Shown here piece after piece: positions 44,988-55,178 of a DNA stretch of 64,000 nt. The notes beneath the pieces are model-generated. The model saw only the letters and a list, made by a program, of their open reading frames with translations. It made no database searches and was not told the origin of the DNA. The DNA comes from Candidatus Nanopelagicales bacterium (lineage in GTDB: Bacteria; Actinomycetota; Actinomycetes; S36-B12; UBA10799), in contig JBAOHC010000021.1 in the NCBI GenBank assembly GCA_037046735.1, positions 110,025-174,024 of the forward strand. Reading direction: 5' to 3'. The first letter of the stretch is position 1. Each line of letters starts with the position of its first letter. Position numbers and translations under genes: made by a program.

Positions 44988-46562
44988 GTGCGGATTTCCT
45001 TGACCACTGCCCTCGTGATCGCCGCACTGCCCATGGCCTTGGTTGTGCCAGTCCCCGTGGCGTCGGCGGACCCCGTGGGGTTCATCACCGAATTCCCGAC
45101 CCCGTCCGGCGATAGCCAGGGCATGGCACAAGGGTCAGACGGGAACTTCTGGTTTGTGCAACTGGGAACCAGCAAGGTCGTGCGCATGACCCCGGCCGGC
45201 ACCGTCACGGAGTTCCCCACCCCGACGCCTAGCAGTCGGCCCAATGACATCACCGCGGGCCCAGACGGCAACCTGTGGTTCACACAGCAGGACGCGGCCG
45301 CGAATCGCATCGGCCGGATCACGCCTGGTGGAGTCATCACGGAGTTCCCGCTGACGTCGACGGGCAGCCCGAGCTTCATCACCGCCGGACCTGACGGCAA
45401 CCTGTGGTTCACGAAGACCAACAACAACAACATCTTCCGGATGACGACAGCCGGTGCTGTCACCGGCACATTCGCGATCCCAACTCCGGGTAGCTCCCCG
45501 GCCGGGATCACCACCGGACCGGACGGCAACCTTTGGTTCACCGAATTCTTCGCAAACAAGATCGGTAGGGTCACGCCGTCCGGCACGATCACCGAGTTCC
45601 CGATCCCGACCGCGAGCAGTTCACCGCGCGACATCGCCGCCGGCCCCGACGGCAACGTGTGGTTCACCCAAACCGCGAACGCTGTGAACAAGATCGGCCG
45701 GATCACCCCCTCGGGGGCCGTCACCGAGTTCCCGATCCCCACTGCGAACGCGGGCCTCGACAGCATCACAACCGGCCCCGACGGGAACCTCTGGTTCACC
45801 CAGGGTGCCGGGAACAGAGTCGCCCGGATCACCCCGAACGGCACTGTCACAGAGTACCCGTTGCCCAATGCGAGCAGCAGCCCCCGCGCCATCACGTCGG
45901 GCACGGACGGCGCGCTGTGGTTCATCGAGAACTTCGGTAACAGGGTCGGACGGATCACCTCTGGCATCTCGCCGAGCGACCGGAAGCCGGCGTTGAACGG
46001 CACCGGGCAAGTGGGTCTGCCGCTGGTGTGTGGGGCTGATGTCTGGGGGATAGCCTCGACTGTGGCTGTGGGGTGGCGACGCAACGCCGCCACGATCCCT
46101 GGACTGACCGGCCTGACATACGTGCCCACCGACGCTGACCTGGGTTCAACCATCAACTGCGTCAGTACAGCGACCCTCCCAGGGGTTTCTGCTCGGCTCA
46201 GCGCCACGAGCAATGGCATCGCCGTGGTGGCACAGGTGACGGGACCGGTCGGCCCGCCAGGACCCACGGGTGCCACAGGGCCGACTGGCCCCGGCGGACA
46301 ACTCACGGCGGTTTTCGCGCCTGGCGGCAAGCGGATCAAGGCTGGCAAGACTCTGCGTGTTCAGTTCGGTGTCACCAATGCCGCTCCGCTGACTGCCCAA
46401 CTGGCAGGGAAGAAGACCGCGACCAAACCAGTTCAAGCTGGGTCCGGGACCAACACCTTGCGGTGGAAACTGCCGAAGAGCCTGACTCCCGGCAAGTACT
46501 CGCTGCGGTTGCTGTTCGAGGGCAAGATCAAGGCCCAGACAGCGGTGCGGATCACGAAGTAG
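44988..46562 (+). CDS. secreted Vgb (virginiamycin B lyase)-like 7-bladed beta-propeller repeat protein with collagen-like/Ig-like C-terminal region
   Basis: Signal peptide: MRISLTTALVIAALPMALVVPVPVASA. Seven repeats of about 42 aa: ITEFP.PT..S.P..IT.GPDGNLWFT....N.IGRITP.G. The C-terminus carries GPVGPPGPTGATGPTGPGG. Confidence 0.8.
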   Translation: MRISLTTALVIAALPMALVVPVPVASADPVGFITEFPTPSGDSQGMAQGSDGNFWFVQLGTSKVVRMTPAGTVTEFPTPTPSSRPNDITAGPDGNLWFTQQDAAANRIGRITPGGVITEFPLTSTGSPSFITAGPDGNLWFTKTNNNNIFRMTTAGAVTGTFAIPTPGSSPAGITTGPDGNLWFTEFFANKIGRVTPSGTITEFPIPTASSSPRDIAAGPDGNVWFTQTANAVNKIGRITPSGAVTEFPIPTANAGLDSITTGPDGNLWFTQGAGNRVARITPNGTVTEYPLPNASSSPRAITSGTDGALWFIENFGNRVGRITSGISPSDRKPALNGTGQVGLPLVCGADVWGIASTVAVGWRRNAATIPGLTGLTYVPTDADLGSTINCVSTATLPGVSARLSATSNGIAVVAQVTGPVGPPGPTGATGPTGPGGQLTAVFAPGGKRIKAGKTLRVQFGVTNAAPLTAQLAGKKTATKPVQAGSGTNTLRWKLPKSLTPGKYSLRLLFEGKIKAQTAVRITK

Positions 46563-46567
46563 GAGGC

Positions 46568-46867
46568 CTAGCTCTCATTGGTGGAGGCGCGGGTCAGCGG
46601 CAGCCATTGTGAAAGGTCACTGCGCTCGCCCGAGGCGTCGATGCGGCCCTCCGCCAGGGCCTGCTCCCAGGTGAGCTCTCCGCGGGTCAACGCCAGCCAG
46701 GTAGGCCCGTCGCACTCCACGACCGCTCGTGGGGTTCCCCGCCGGTGCGGGCCACCCGAGATCGCCTGGATGGCACCGTACGGGGGGATGCGGATCTCGA
46801 CTGAGCGGCCGGGGGCCTTCTCCGCGAATGCGGCCAACGCGGCTTTGACCTCCGCCCGCGTGCCCAT
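46568..46867 (-). CDS. sterol-carrier (SCP2-like) family small protein
   Basis: 99 aa, sequence ...VECDGPTWLALTRGELTWEQALAEGRIDASGERSDLSQWLPL. It holds the conserved position near purL seen in actinobacteria (as Rv0807). Confidence 0.65.
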   Translation of the reverse strand: MGTRAEVKAALAAFAEKAPGRSVEIRIPPYGAIQAISGGPHRRGTPRAVVECDGPTWLALTRGELTWEQALAEGRIDASGERSDLSQWLPLTRASTNES

Positions 46868-46917
46868 GGACCCAGGCTAACTCGTGTTCGAAGGTGCTCT
46901 GGGCGGCGATGGGTCTA

Positions 46918-47052
46918 CACATCTGGTTGAGAAGACTGCCCCAAAGACCGTTTGCAACCAGATGTGTAGGACAAATGTCCGTTAAGCCCTGTTTGTACCC
47001 CGCAATTTCTACACATCTGGTTGGCGGTTCCACCCGCTCAACCAGATGTGTA
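46918..47052. repeat. copy C (best preserved) of the 135-136 bp palindromic MITE-like element
   Basis: There are four perfect copies of the 13-mer: acacatctggttg at 46918 and 47012, and caaccagatgtgt at 46956 and 47040. They form two perfect 15-16 bp hairpins and, together, 13-17 bp terminal inverted repeats. The right arm supplies the last codons and stop of the GNAT gene (..GVYTSG*). Confidence 0.85.
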
Positions 47053-47610
47053 GACGCCGCCGCCCAACCGGGTCCGCTGCCGACCATCGGGGTCGAAATT
47101 CGCCGGGTCGAGCCACGCGAGAACCTGCCGGCGCCGGTTGGGCCACTCATGATCAAGCAGGGAGAACCAGGCCGTGTCACGATTGCGGCCATTGACGACC
47201 ATGTGTTGGCGAAACACCCCCTCGAAGGTGAAACCGAAGCGCAGCGCGGCGGCCTTGCTCGCCTCGTTGCGGTTGTCACACTTCCACTCGACCCGACGCG
47301 CACCCCAGTCGAAGAGATGGTCAGCCATCAGCAACACCGCCTCGGTCGATGCCGGGGTTCGGCGCATCTGCGGCCCCCACAGGACATGCCCGATCTCGGC
47401 CACGCGGTTGGGCTCGTCGATCCGCATGATTGCCGCGCGTCCGACCGGCTGGCCGTCGATCAACGCCGCGAAGAACAACGGGTCGTCACTGGTCAGCCCA
47501 TCGTCGAACCAGTCCGGTGAGGCGAACTCGTGCTGGAGGTCGGCCAGCGGCCGGTGTGACTCCTCGATCGGCTCGAGGGTCACGTAACGGCCCCGCAGGA
47601 CTGCCCGCAT
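47038..47610 (-). CDS. GNAT-family N-acetyltransferase
   Basis: Internal ATG 47610 overlaps the purL stop (TGATG). ...IGHVLWGPQMRRTPASTEAVLLMADHLFDWGARRVEWKCDNRNEASKAAALRFGFTFEG. Equivalent position to Rv0802c. Confidence 0.85.
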   Translation of the reverse strand: MRAVLRGRYVTLEPIEESHRPLADLQHEFASPDWFDDGLTSDDPLFFAALIDGQPVGRAAIMRIDEPNRVAEIGHVLWGPQMRRTPASTEAVLLMADHLFDWGARRVEWKCDNRNEASKAAALRFGFTFEGVFRQHMVVNGRNRDTAWFSLLDHEWPNRRRQVLAWLDPANFDPDGRQRTRLGGGVYTSG

Positions 47611-49838
47611 CAGAAGAACGCGGGCAATACCCCGGCGCTGACGGTCGTCATCTCGGCGATGCCCCACTCCAGCTCACCGACCTGCAGGACGTCACCCAGC
47701 CCAGAATCCACCACGCCGATCCGCGTGCAGGCGAACCGCCGGGCACCACACATCTCGGTGAACCGCAACTCCTCCGAGCGCGGCACCACGACGATGGCCC
47801 GGGTGGCCGACTCGCTGAACAACCACGTGAACAGGTCCTCCCCGTCGGGCACCCAGGTGCGCGCACCGATGCCGGACCGCATGGCCATCTCAGCCAGGGC
47901 CAATCCGATCCCGCCGTCGGACACATCGTGGGCGGCGGTCAACATCCCGTCCCGGGAGCCGGCCACCAGGATTTGGGACAGCACCCGCTCGGCATCGAGG
48001 TCGACCTCCGGGGGCATGCCCGTCAGCAGGCCCTGCGACGTCGCCACCGCAGAACCGCCGAACTCGGACCTGGTCACACCGAGGACATAGATGAGTTCCC
48101 CGTCCGGCCCCCAGGCCATCGGCGTCCTGCGGGCCACATCGTCGAAGACGCCCAGCACGCCGACCACGGGTGTGGGATGGATGGGTGCCGAGCCGGTCTG
48201 GTTGTAGAAGCTCACATTGCCCCCGGTGACCGGGATACCCAGCTGCAGGCAGCCATCGGCCAGGCCAGTCACGGCCTGCTCGAACTGCCACATCACCTCG
48301 GGGTCTTCCGGTGATCCGAAGTTGAGACAGTTGGTCACAGCCAGCGGCACGGCACCGGTGGCCGAGACGTTGCGATAGGCCTCGGCAAGTGCGAGTTGCG
48401 TGCCACGGTATGGGTCGAGCTCGACGAACCGGGCGTTGCAGTCCGTGGCGATCGCCACGCCGCGCCCCGTCTGCTCATCGATGCGCAGCACCCCGGAATC
48501 CTCGGGCTGGGCCAGCACGGTGTTACCCCGCACGTAGCGGTCGTACTGGTCGGTGACCCACGCCTTGGACCCGTGGTTGGGATTGCCCAGCAGGTCCAGC
48601 AACGTCGTGCGCGGATCGGTCTGCCGCGGTTCGGTGGTCACTGCCTGCCGCGTCCGGATCGTGGCCGGCTCGGCGATGGGACGCTCGTAGATAGGGCCAT
48701 CATGGGCCACCGTGCGGGGTGGGACATCCACGACCACCTCGTCGTGCCACTCGATGACCAGCCGGTCACCTTGCGTCACCTCGCCGATAACGGTCGCTGT
48801 GACCGCCCACTTCTCGCAGATGGCCATGAACGCGTCAAGGTTGCCCGGTGTGACGACCGCACACATCCGCTCCTGTGACTCGCTCATCAGGATCTCTTCG
48901 GGGCTCAGACTCTGATCCCGCAGCGGCACCCGATCCAACCACACGTGCATGCCGCCGTCGCCGTTGCTGGCCATCTCGGACGTGGCGCAACTGAGCCCCG
49001 CTCCGCCGAGATCCTGAATGCCGTCGATCAGGTCGGCCGCCAGCAGCTCCAGAGTGCATTCGATCAGCAGCTTCTCGGTGAAGGGATCCCCGACCTGCAC
49101 CGCGGGACGTTTGCTGGGACCGGTCTCGTCGAAACTCTCGCTGGCCAGCACGCTCACCCCGCCAATGCCGTCGCCGCCGGTCAGCGCGCCGTAGAGAATC
49201 ACGAGATTGCCCGCGCCCCTCGCACTGCTGACGTGGATGTCCTCGTGGCGCATCGCGCCCACGCACAGGGCGTTGACCAGCGGATTGGTCTGGTAGCACG
49301 GGTCGAAGACGGTTTCACCGCCGATGTTGGGCAGCCCAAGGCAGTTGCCGTACCCCCCGACGCCGGCAACCACACCGTGCACGACCCGGGCTGTATCAGG
49401 GTCATCGACACTGCCAAATCGCAACTGGTCCATCACGGCCAATGGTCGCGCTCCCATGCTCAGGATGTCGCGCACAATGCCGCCCACCCCGGTGGCGGCG
49501 CCCTGGTAAGGCTCGATGTAACTCGGGTGGTTGTGGCTCTCGACCTTGAACGTGACAGCCCACCCGTCGCCGATATCGACAACGCCCGCGTTCTCCCCGA
49601 TGCCAACGAGCAGCGCCTCGGACTCCGGAGCCTTGCGGCCGAACTGCCGCAGGTGAACCTTGCTGGACTTGTAGGAGCAGTGCTCACTCCACATCACCGA
49701 GTACATGGCCAGTTCGGAACTGGTGGGGCGCCGGTGGAGAATGTCGCGGATGCGCTGGTACTCGTCGGGCTTCAGACCGAGTTCGGCGTACGGCTGCGGG
49801 TGGTCAGGGGTCTGCGCGGCGTGCGCCACCGAATCCAT
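47610..49838 (-). CDS. purL: phosphoribosylformylglycinamidine synthase subunit PurL
   Basis: 742 aa. [37 protein letters not shown]. Confidence 0.95.
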   Translation of the reverse strand: MDSVAHAAQTPDHPQPYAELGLKPDEYQRIRDILHRRPTSSELAMYSVMWSEHCSYKSSKVHLRQFGRKAPESEALLVGIGENAGVVDIGDGWAVTFKVESHNHPSYIEPYQGAATGVGGIVRDILSMGARPLAVMDQLRFGSVDDPDTARVVHGVVAGVGGYGNCLGLPNIGGETVFDPCYQTNPLVNALCVGAMRHEDIHVSSARGAGNLVILYGALTGGDGIGGVSVLASESFDETGPSKRPAVQVGDPFTEKLLIECTLELLAADLIDGIQDLGGAGLSCATSEMASNGDGGMHVWLDRVPLRDQSLSPEEILMSESQERMCAVVTPGNLDAFMAICEKWAVTATVIGEVTQGDRLVIEWHDEVVVDVPPRTVAHDGPIYERPIAEPATIRTRQAVTTEPRQTDPRTTLLDLLGNPNHGSKAWVTDQYDRYVRGNTVLAQPEDSGVLRIDEQTGRGVAIATDCNARFVELDPYRGTQLALAEAYRNVSATGAVPLAVTNCLNFGSPEDPEVMWQFEQAVTGLADGCLQLGIPVTGGNVSFYNQTGSAPIHPTPVVGVLGVFDDVARRTPMAWGPDGELIYVLGVTRSEFGGSAVATSQGLLTGMPPEVDLDAERVLSQILVAGSRDGMLTAAHDVSDGGIGLALAEMAMRSGIGARTWVPDGEDLFTWLFSESATRAIVVVPRSEELRFTEMCGARRFACTRIGVVDSGLGDVLQVGELEWGIAEMTTVSAGVLPAFF

Positions 49839-49901
49839 GGGTACGAGTTTAGGTTGGCAGCCAGCACGCCGGTAACCGCGGGCGATCTCCAGAGCTGGTC
49901 T

Positions 49902-50570
49902 TCAGCCCACCAGGGCGGTCAGCACCGAGGCGAACAGGCCCAGTCCGTCGACGCCGGGGCCCGTCAGGTCATCGATCGCATGCTCCGGGTGCGGCATCAG
50001 GCCCACCACGTTGCCCTGGGCATTGCTGATGCCCGCGATGTCGCGCCGCGATCCGTTCGGGTTACCGCCCAGGTAGCGGAACACCACGCGGCCGTCGGCT
50101 TCGAGCATGTCCAGCGTGCGCTCGTCGGCGATGTAGGACCCCTCACCGTTCTTCACGGGCACGACAATCTCCTGACCGGGTTCGAACGCCCCAGTCCAAG
50201 CACTGTTCGTGCTCTCCACCCGCAGCGTCTGATCACGGCACACGAAGTGCAGGCTGTCGTTGCGCACCAACGCGCCGGGCAGCAGGTGGGCCTCGCACAA
50301 GACCTGAAAGCCGTTGCAGATGCCCAGCACCGGCATGCCCTGCTCTGCGGCGTCCACGATCTCGCTCATTACCGGCGCAAATCGGGCGATCGCGCCACAG
50401 CGCAAGTAATCCCCGTAGGAGAAGCCACCGGGCAGCACGACGGCCGCCACCCCGCGCAGATCGTGGTCGCCGTGCCACAGTGCTACTGGTTCTGCCCCTG
50501 CGTACGTCACCGCCCGCGCGGCATCGATGTCATCGAGGGTTCCGGGGAAAGTGACTACGCCGACTCGCAC
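49902..50570 (-). CDS. purQ: phosphoribosylformylglycinamidine synthase glutaminase subunit PurQ
   Basis: GTG 50570 gives [21 protein letters not shown]. The catalytic block is [13 protein letters not shown], followed by ...MPHPEHA. A GAGGG SD overlaps the stop of the upstream USP gene. Confidence 0.9.
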   Translation of the reverse strand: MRVGVVTFPGTLDDIDAARAVTYAGAEPVALWHGDHDLRGVAAVVLPGGFSYGDYLRCGAIARFAPVMSEIVDAAEQGMPVLGICNGFQVLCEAHLLPGALVRNDSLHFVCRDQTLRVESTNSAWTGAFEPGQEIVVPVKNGEGSYIADERTLDMLEADGRVVFRYLGGNPNGSRRDIAGISNAQGNVVGLMPHPEHAIDDLTGPGVDGLGLFASVLTALVG

Positions 50571-50574
50571 ACCC

Positions 50575-51441
50575 TCACGGTACGACAGCGACTGGGCAAG
50601 CGGCCTTGTGCACCACCGCATGGCTGACCGAACCCAGCAGCAGACCACGGAACCCGCCCAGGCCGCGTGACCCTACGACCACGAGTTGGGCGTGTTCGCT
50701 GGCCTTGACCAACGCCTTGACCGGGGAACCCTTCATGACCTCCTGGCGCACCTTCACGTCGGGGAAGTCGCCACGGAACCCTGCCATCGCTTCGGAGGTG
50801 TCGCGCAACTCGGCGTTGCCGTAATCGCGGATCAGCACCTCGGGCTCATAACTGGGGACCTCGACCATGGACCAGGTCGGCGGGATCTCCCAGGAGTGCA
50901 GGACGTGCAAGGACAGGCCCGTGAAGCTGGCCTGCTCGAACGCCCAGCGCAGCGCCTTGAGCGAATGTGCGGAGCCATCCACGCCGACGACCATGTCGAC
51001 TGCGTCCGCGGCGACAGGGCGCACCACGACGGTCGGGCAGGACGCGTGTGTGGCGATCTGGCGTGAAACGCTGCCGAGCAGGAAGCCGGTCAGCCCACCG
51101 GAACCATGGCTGCCGACGACGGCCATCTCGGCGTCTTCAGACAGGTGCACCATGACCGACGCCGGCCGGCCGGCGATGACCTCACCCACGGCGTTGGCGC
51201 CCAGTTGCGCGGCCGCGACCAGCCCCTCGTCGTTGGCCGCCTGCGCCTCTTTGCGCAATTCATCGACGAGGTCCTGCTGGACCAGCGCTGAGGCACCCAT
51301 ACCCAGGTCCGCCGGCGGCATGGACCATGTGGTCACCACCTCCAGCGTGCGCCCACGTTGTGCAGCAGTGGTAGCCGCCCATTGCAGTGCCAGTGCCGAA
51401 CCTTCGGAACCGTCGTAACCCACAATCACCGAACCGGACAT
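50575..51441 (-). CDS. universal stress protein (tandem Usp domains)
   Basis: Internal ATG 51441. [15 protein letters not shown]...[33 protein letters not shown] and ...[33 protein letters not shown]. Confidence 0.85.
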   Translation of the reverse strand: MSGSVIVGYDGSEGSALALQWAATTAAQRGRTLEVVTTWSMPPADLGMGASALVQQDLVDELRKEAQAANDEGLVAAAQLGANAVGEVIAGRPASVMVHLSEDAEMAVVGSHGSGGLTGFLLGSVSRQIATHASCPTVVVRPVAADAVDMVVGVDGSAHSLKALRWAFEQASFTGLSLHVLHSWEIPPTWSMVEVPSYEPEVLIRDYGNAELRDTSEAMAGFRGDFPDVKVRQEVMKGSPVKALVKASEHAQLVVVGSRGLGGFRGLLLGSVSHAVVHKAACPVAVVP

Positions 51442-51563
51442 CACAACCCCTCCGTCCACACGTGGCCGGTGGTCGCCAGGCGCAATCGTGCGCCTGACCG
51501 ACGCATCGAACCTGTTGTCCGCTGACTCTGATTCTACTCCTGCCCACCCGCTTCCCGGCAGGG

Positions 51564-52019
51564 CTATTTGAGCGCAATCCGTCCGGAATCGATCTTGAAG
51601 ACGATCCAGTGGTGGGGTCCGATACCGGCTTTGTCCCATTGTGGTCCCACGATCGTCCAGCCGGCGCGCTGGTACAGGCCCAATGCCGCCACTCTGGCAT
51701 TCGCCCAGAGGCTGGCCGCACCACCGCGCTCAGCCCGCCGCACAGCCGCCTCGAGCAGGGCCGTGCCCGTACCACCGCGGTAGTGCGGCAGGACGGCCAT
51801 CGACCGCAACTGCCACTGCGGCGCCGGCAATTCCATGAGCTCTGGATGTGACCACTGTGCGGGGCCCACTGAGCACGCACCCACCACCCGGCCGGCCACG
51901 ACAGCGGCCACATGCAGACAGTCCGCCGGTGGGTCGGCGTCACCCGGCAATGGGCCATGCGGACGCAGTACTTCGAGCTGCACGTCGCGGACTTCGGACT
52001 GCGTCGCATCGCGGATCAC
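51564..52019 (-). CDS. GNAT-family N-acetyltransferase
   Basis: QLRSMAVLPHYRGGTGTALLEAAVRRAERGGAASLWANARVAALGLYQRAGW (acetyl-CoA motif A). The ORF-track start 52049 would overlap the divergent gene start by 7 nt, so GTG 52019 (VIRDATQSEV..) is preferred. Confidence 0.8.
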   Translation of the reverse strand: MIRDATQSEVRDVQLEVLRPHGPLPGDADPPADCLHVAAVVAGRVVGACSVGPAQWSHPELMELPAPQWQLRSMAVLPHYRGGTGTALLEAAVRRAERGGAASLWANARVAALGLYQRAGWTIVGPQWDKAGIGPHHWIVFKIDSGRIALK

Positions 52020-52042
52020 GGGTTCACAGTAGTTTGGCGTGC

Positions 52043-52510
52043 ATGGCATATCGCGACGTCATGCGCTGGCTCGGACACAAGGAATGGTTCGCCTGGACCG
52101 CGGCCCGGCTCGCGCCGTTGGACGCGAAGGTGGTCAAGAAGACCGGCGGGAAGTTCGGGCTACTGGGCAATTACGGTCTGCCGCAGTGTCTGCTCACAAC
52201 GACGGGGCGCAAATCCGGCCAACAGCGCACCGTGACGCTGCTCTACGGCACGCGCGGCGACGACGTGGTGCTCATCGGTTCCAACTTCGGCCAACAGCAC
52301 CACCCGGCTTGGGCGCTGAACCTCGAGGCCAATCCGCAGTGCGTCTTCAGCACAGATGACCGGACCCAGGACATGGTGGCGCGGATGGTCACCGAGGAGT
52401 CCGAGCGTGAGGAACTGTGGCAGCTGATGTACGACATCTGGCCGGCCTACGCGGCATATCGCGGGCGGGCGGGCCGTGACATCAAGGTCTTCGTTCTGAC
52501 GCCTGTCTGA
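52043..52510 (+). CDS. deazaflavin(F420)-dependent nitroreductase-family (DDN-like) oxidoreductase
   Basis: Internal ATG 52043. LLTTTGRKSGQQRTVTLLYGTRGDDVVLIGSNFGQQHHPAWALNLEANP...EREELWQLMYDIWPAYAAYRGRAGRDIKVFVLTP. Confidence 0.8.
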   Translation: MAYRDVMRWLGHKEWFAWTAARLAPLDAKVVKKTGGKFGLLGNYGLPQCLLTTTGRKSGQQRTVTLLYGTRGDDVVLIGSNFGQQHHPAWALNLEANPQCVFSTDDRTQDMVARMVTEESEREELWQLMYDIWPAYAAYRGRAGRDIKVFVLTPV

Positions 52511-52518
52511 GGCAAGGA

Positions 52519-52546
52519 GCCCGGCTCCCCCCTCGTTGAGCCGGGC
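52519..52546. terminator. stem-loop between convergent DDN-like gene and purS
   Basis: gcccggctc (52519-52527) and gagccgggc (52538-52546) form a perfect 9-bp stem, 9 nt after the DDN stop. Confidence 0.45.
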
Positions 52547-52592
52547 AACAAGAGGATCCCCCGCGGCGCCCGTTACCGAAACGTGACCTCAG

Positions 52593-52835
52593 TCACCGGA
52601 CCTCGAGGCTGTACTCCTCGATCACGGGATTGGCCAGCAGCGTCTCAGCCAAATGCTCGAGTTCGGCCAGACGCTCCTCGGTGAGTTGACCGTCGATCTC
52701 GATCTCGAAGCGCTTACCCTGGCGCACAGCCCTGACCCCCGAGAGCCCCAGCCTGCCCATCGCCTTCTGGACGGCCTGCCCTTGCGGGTCCAGCAACTCG
52801 GGTTTGGGCATGACTTCAACGATGATCCGCGGCAC
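52593..52835 (-). CDS. purS: phosphoribosylformylglycinamidine synthase subunit PurS
   Basis: GTG 52835 gives VPRIIVEVMPKPELLDPQGQAVQKAMGRLGLSGVRAVRQGKRFEIEIDG. 80 aa. Confidence 0.9.
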   Translation of the reverse strand: MPRIIVEVMPKPELLDPQGQAVQKAMGRLGLSGVRAVRQGKRFEIEIDGQLTEERLAELEHLAETLLANPVIEEYSLEVR

Positions 52836-52864
52836 GTCTGAAACTGTATCCCGTGCCGTTGGGA

Positions 52865-54202
52865 TCAGTGTGTCTCGGACTCCGCGACATACTTCGCGAA
52901 CTGCGCGTGGTCGGCGTCCACCACGTCGGCGTAGCGCAAGGCGAAGCGGGAGACCGCCTTGACGAAGGAATCGGAATCCCCGAGGTAGGCGTCGATGGCG
53001 ATCCGGTCGCCGGTGACGGCGTGCGCCCGGGCGAGCGTGAAACCGCACAGTCGCGCAAAACGAGGCAGACTGGCAGCCGGGGTGCGGGCGTACGCGGTAA
53101 CAACTGGGCGCAGTTGGCTGATGATGTAGTCGCGGTCCTGCCAGCGGCTGAATCCCAGCAACGGGTCCGGCTCGAACTGGATCAGTGCCTGTCCCAATGC
53201 GATCCGCCGGGCCTGATTGCCGCGGTGGCGGTATTCGGGCAGCACGAACGGCTGCAGCACCGACGGCCTCGCCTCCTTGACCTCAAGGGCCACCAACTCG
53301 TGTCGGCGGGTGCCTTGCAACAGCACGATGAAGCACCGCAGACCGACGTCCGAGACACCCCGCACGAGCATCGCGATGTCCGCGATCCGGTACTCGGTGA
53401 GCATCTGCTGCACCTCCGGACTCACAGAGGTCGCATATCCGCTCATGATCGCGATCATCCCGTCATGCAACGTCGCGGCATCCTGTTCGCTGAGCCACTG
53501 GGTGAGCGGCTGGATCGGGCCGCCGAAACGCAGTTGGGTCTCGTCCTCGAACATGTCGGAATAGAGCATGGGTTCGTCGGGGAAGGCGAGGTCTTTGGTG
53601 CGGCGATCGCCCTTGGCGACCGCTCTGGCCACCTCCCCCTCCGGGACTCCGGCGAACCAGAGGTCGAGCCGGTCCTGGTCAGCCGCCCAGGCGATACCGC
53701 GCCGGTAGCCCTCCACGGATGCCCGTGCGACCGCTCGCTGATCCTTAGCCGCAGCACCGGCCGCGCGTGCGGCCAGCACCAGGCCGGTACTCATCCGCTT
53801 GACGTCCCACTCCCAGGGCGCCCGCAGAGTCTCGTAGAAGGAGCCCACCTCGAAGACGGGTTCGCCGTGCGGAGGCCGGAAGTAGCCGAACGTGAACGCG
53901 TCGACGTCTCCGCAGGCCTGCACGTTGATCTCCGAGACGGGCGTCACAGAGAGGTCGGCGGCCATGACCACATCCGCGCCCCGGAAGTAGGAATGGGCGT
54001 CGGTTGCCATCCGCTCATGGCGCAGTGGGATCAATGAGGCAAGCCGGTCCTGGTCCTGTTCGAGCACGAGCCGCAGGGGGTCCGGGCGCACTTGCGACCG
54101 GTAAAGGTCAGCGTGAGCGTCGTGGGGAACACGGTTGCGCGCATCCAACCCGCGCTGGATCCGCTCGTCGAGGGAGCCGGCGGTCTTCAGCGCTTGCCAC
54201 AT
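52865..54202 (-). CDS. DUF2252 domain protein
   Basis: Internal ATG 54202. LIPLRHERMATDAHSYFRGADVVMAADL...NVQACGDVDAFTFGYF... About 445 aa, typical for the family. Confidence 0.8.
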   Translation of the reverse strand: MWQALKTAGSLDERIQRGLDARNRVPHDAHADLYRSQVRPDPLRLVLEQDQDRLASLIPLRHERMATDAHSYFRGADVVMAADLSVTPVSEINVQACGDVDAFTFGYFRPPHGEPVFEVGSFYETLRAPWEWDVKRMSTGLVLAARAAGAAAKDQRAVARASVEGYRRGIAWAADQDRLDLWFAGVPEGEVARAVAKGDRRTKDLAFPDEPMLYSDMFEDETQLRFGGPIQPLTQWLSEQDAATLHDGMIAIMSGYATSVSPEVQQMLTEYRIADIAMLVRGVSDVGLRCFIVLLQGTRRHELVALEVKEARPSVLQPFVLPEYRHRGNQARRIALGQALIQFEPDPLLGFSRWQDRDYIISQLRPVVTAYARTPAASLPRFARLCGFTLARAHAVTGDRIAIDAYLGDSDSFVKAVSRFALRYADVVDADHAQFAKYVAESETH

Positions 54203-54218
54203 GGCACGAGTGTACGGA

Positions 54219-55178
54219 TTACTCGTAGTTCCAGGCTTCCCAGGCGCTGGCCACCATATCGTGCAGGTCCTTGCTGGCCGTCCAGCCGAGCTCGTCCTGA
54301 ATCTTGTCCACCAGGGCCACCAGTTGGGCAGGATCACCGGGGCGGCGCGCGGCGATCTGCGCCTCCGCGTCACGGCCGAGCACGGCACTGACCGCATCGA
54401 TCACTTCGATGACCGAGACCCCCTGTCCGCGACCGACGTTGTACACGGTGCCCACCGTTTCACCCTCGCAACGAGCCGCCGCGGCGACGTGGGCGTCGGC
54501 CAGGTCGCTGACGTGGATGTAGTCGCGGATGCAGGACCCGTCCGGGGTGGGGTAGTCGTCGCCGAACACCTGCGGGCGCTGACCGGTGGTCAACGCCCGG
54601 TAGACCATGGGAATCAAATTGAAGACGCTGGTGTCGCCCAGATCGGGGGATCCGGCTCCCGCCACGTTGAAGTACCGCAGAGAGATCCAGGACAGGTCAC
54701 GGTTGACCGCGGCGTTGGACGTGATCCATTCGCCCACGACCTTGGTCTGGCCGTAAGGGGACTCGGGATTGCGCGAAGCATCTTCGGCGACGAACTGCGC
54801 GGCTGGCGTCCCATAGACAGCTGCGGACGACGAGTAGACGAAACAGCGTGTGCCGACCTCGGCCATGGCCTCTAGCAGCGACAGCATGCCGTCGACGTTC
54901 TCGCGGTAGTAGTACTCGGGTCGCTCCACCGACTCCCCGACAGCCTTCTTGGCGGCCAGATGCACCACGCCGGTGACGTCGTATTCGCGCAGAGCCGCTG
55001 CCACGACGGCGCGATCAGCCACGTTGGCCTGCACGAGCGGCACCCCCTTCGGCACCTTTCGCGCGAGTCCTGTGGACAGGTCGTCCAGGACCACCACATC
55101 GCGGCCGCTGGCCTGCAGGGCGCGCAGCACGTGGGCGCCGATGTAGCCGGCACCTCCAGTGAGTAGCCAGGTCGTCAT
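54219..55178 (-). CDS. galE: UDP-glucose 4-epimerase
   Basis: LLTGGAGYIGAHV, SSSAAVYG, YGQTK. ATGA overlap with the purC stop. Confidence 0.9.
   Translation of the reverse strand: MTTWLLTGGAGYIGAHVLRALQASGRDVVVLDDLSTGLARKVPKGVPLVQANVADRAVVAAALREYDVTGVVHLAAKKAVGESVERPEYYYRENVDGMLSLLEAMAEVGTRCFVYSSSAAVYGTPAAQFVAEDASRNPESPYGQTKVVGEWITSNAAVNRDLSWISLRYFNVAGAGSPDLGDTSVFNLIPMVYRALTTGQRPQVFGDDYPTPDGSCIRDYIHVSDLADAHVAAAARCEGETVGTVYNVGRGQGVSVIEVIDAVSAVLGRDAEAQIAARRPGDPAQLVALVDKIQDELGWTASKDLHDMVASAWEAWNYE

Noticed and set aside
52043-52049. Apparent 7-nt overlap of the divergent start codons of the GNAT (52049) and DDN-like (52043) genes
   Set aside because: This is most simply explained by the GNAT gene using the in-frame GTG at 52019 (VIRDATQSEV..), which leaves a normal 23-nt divergent gap.
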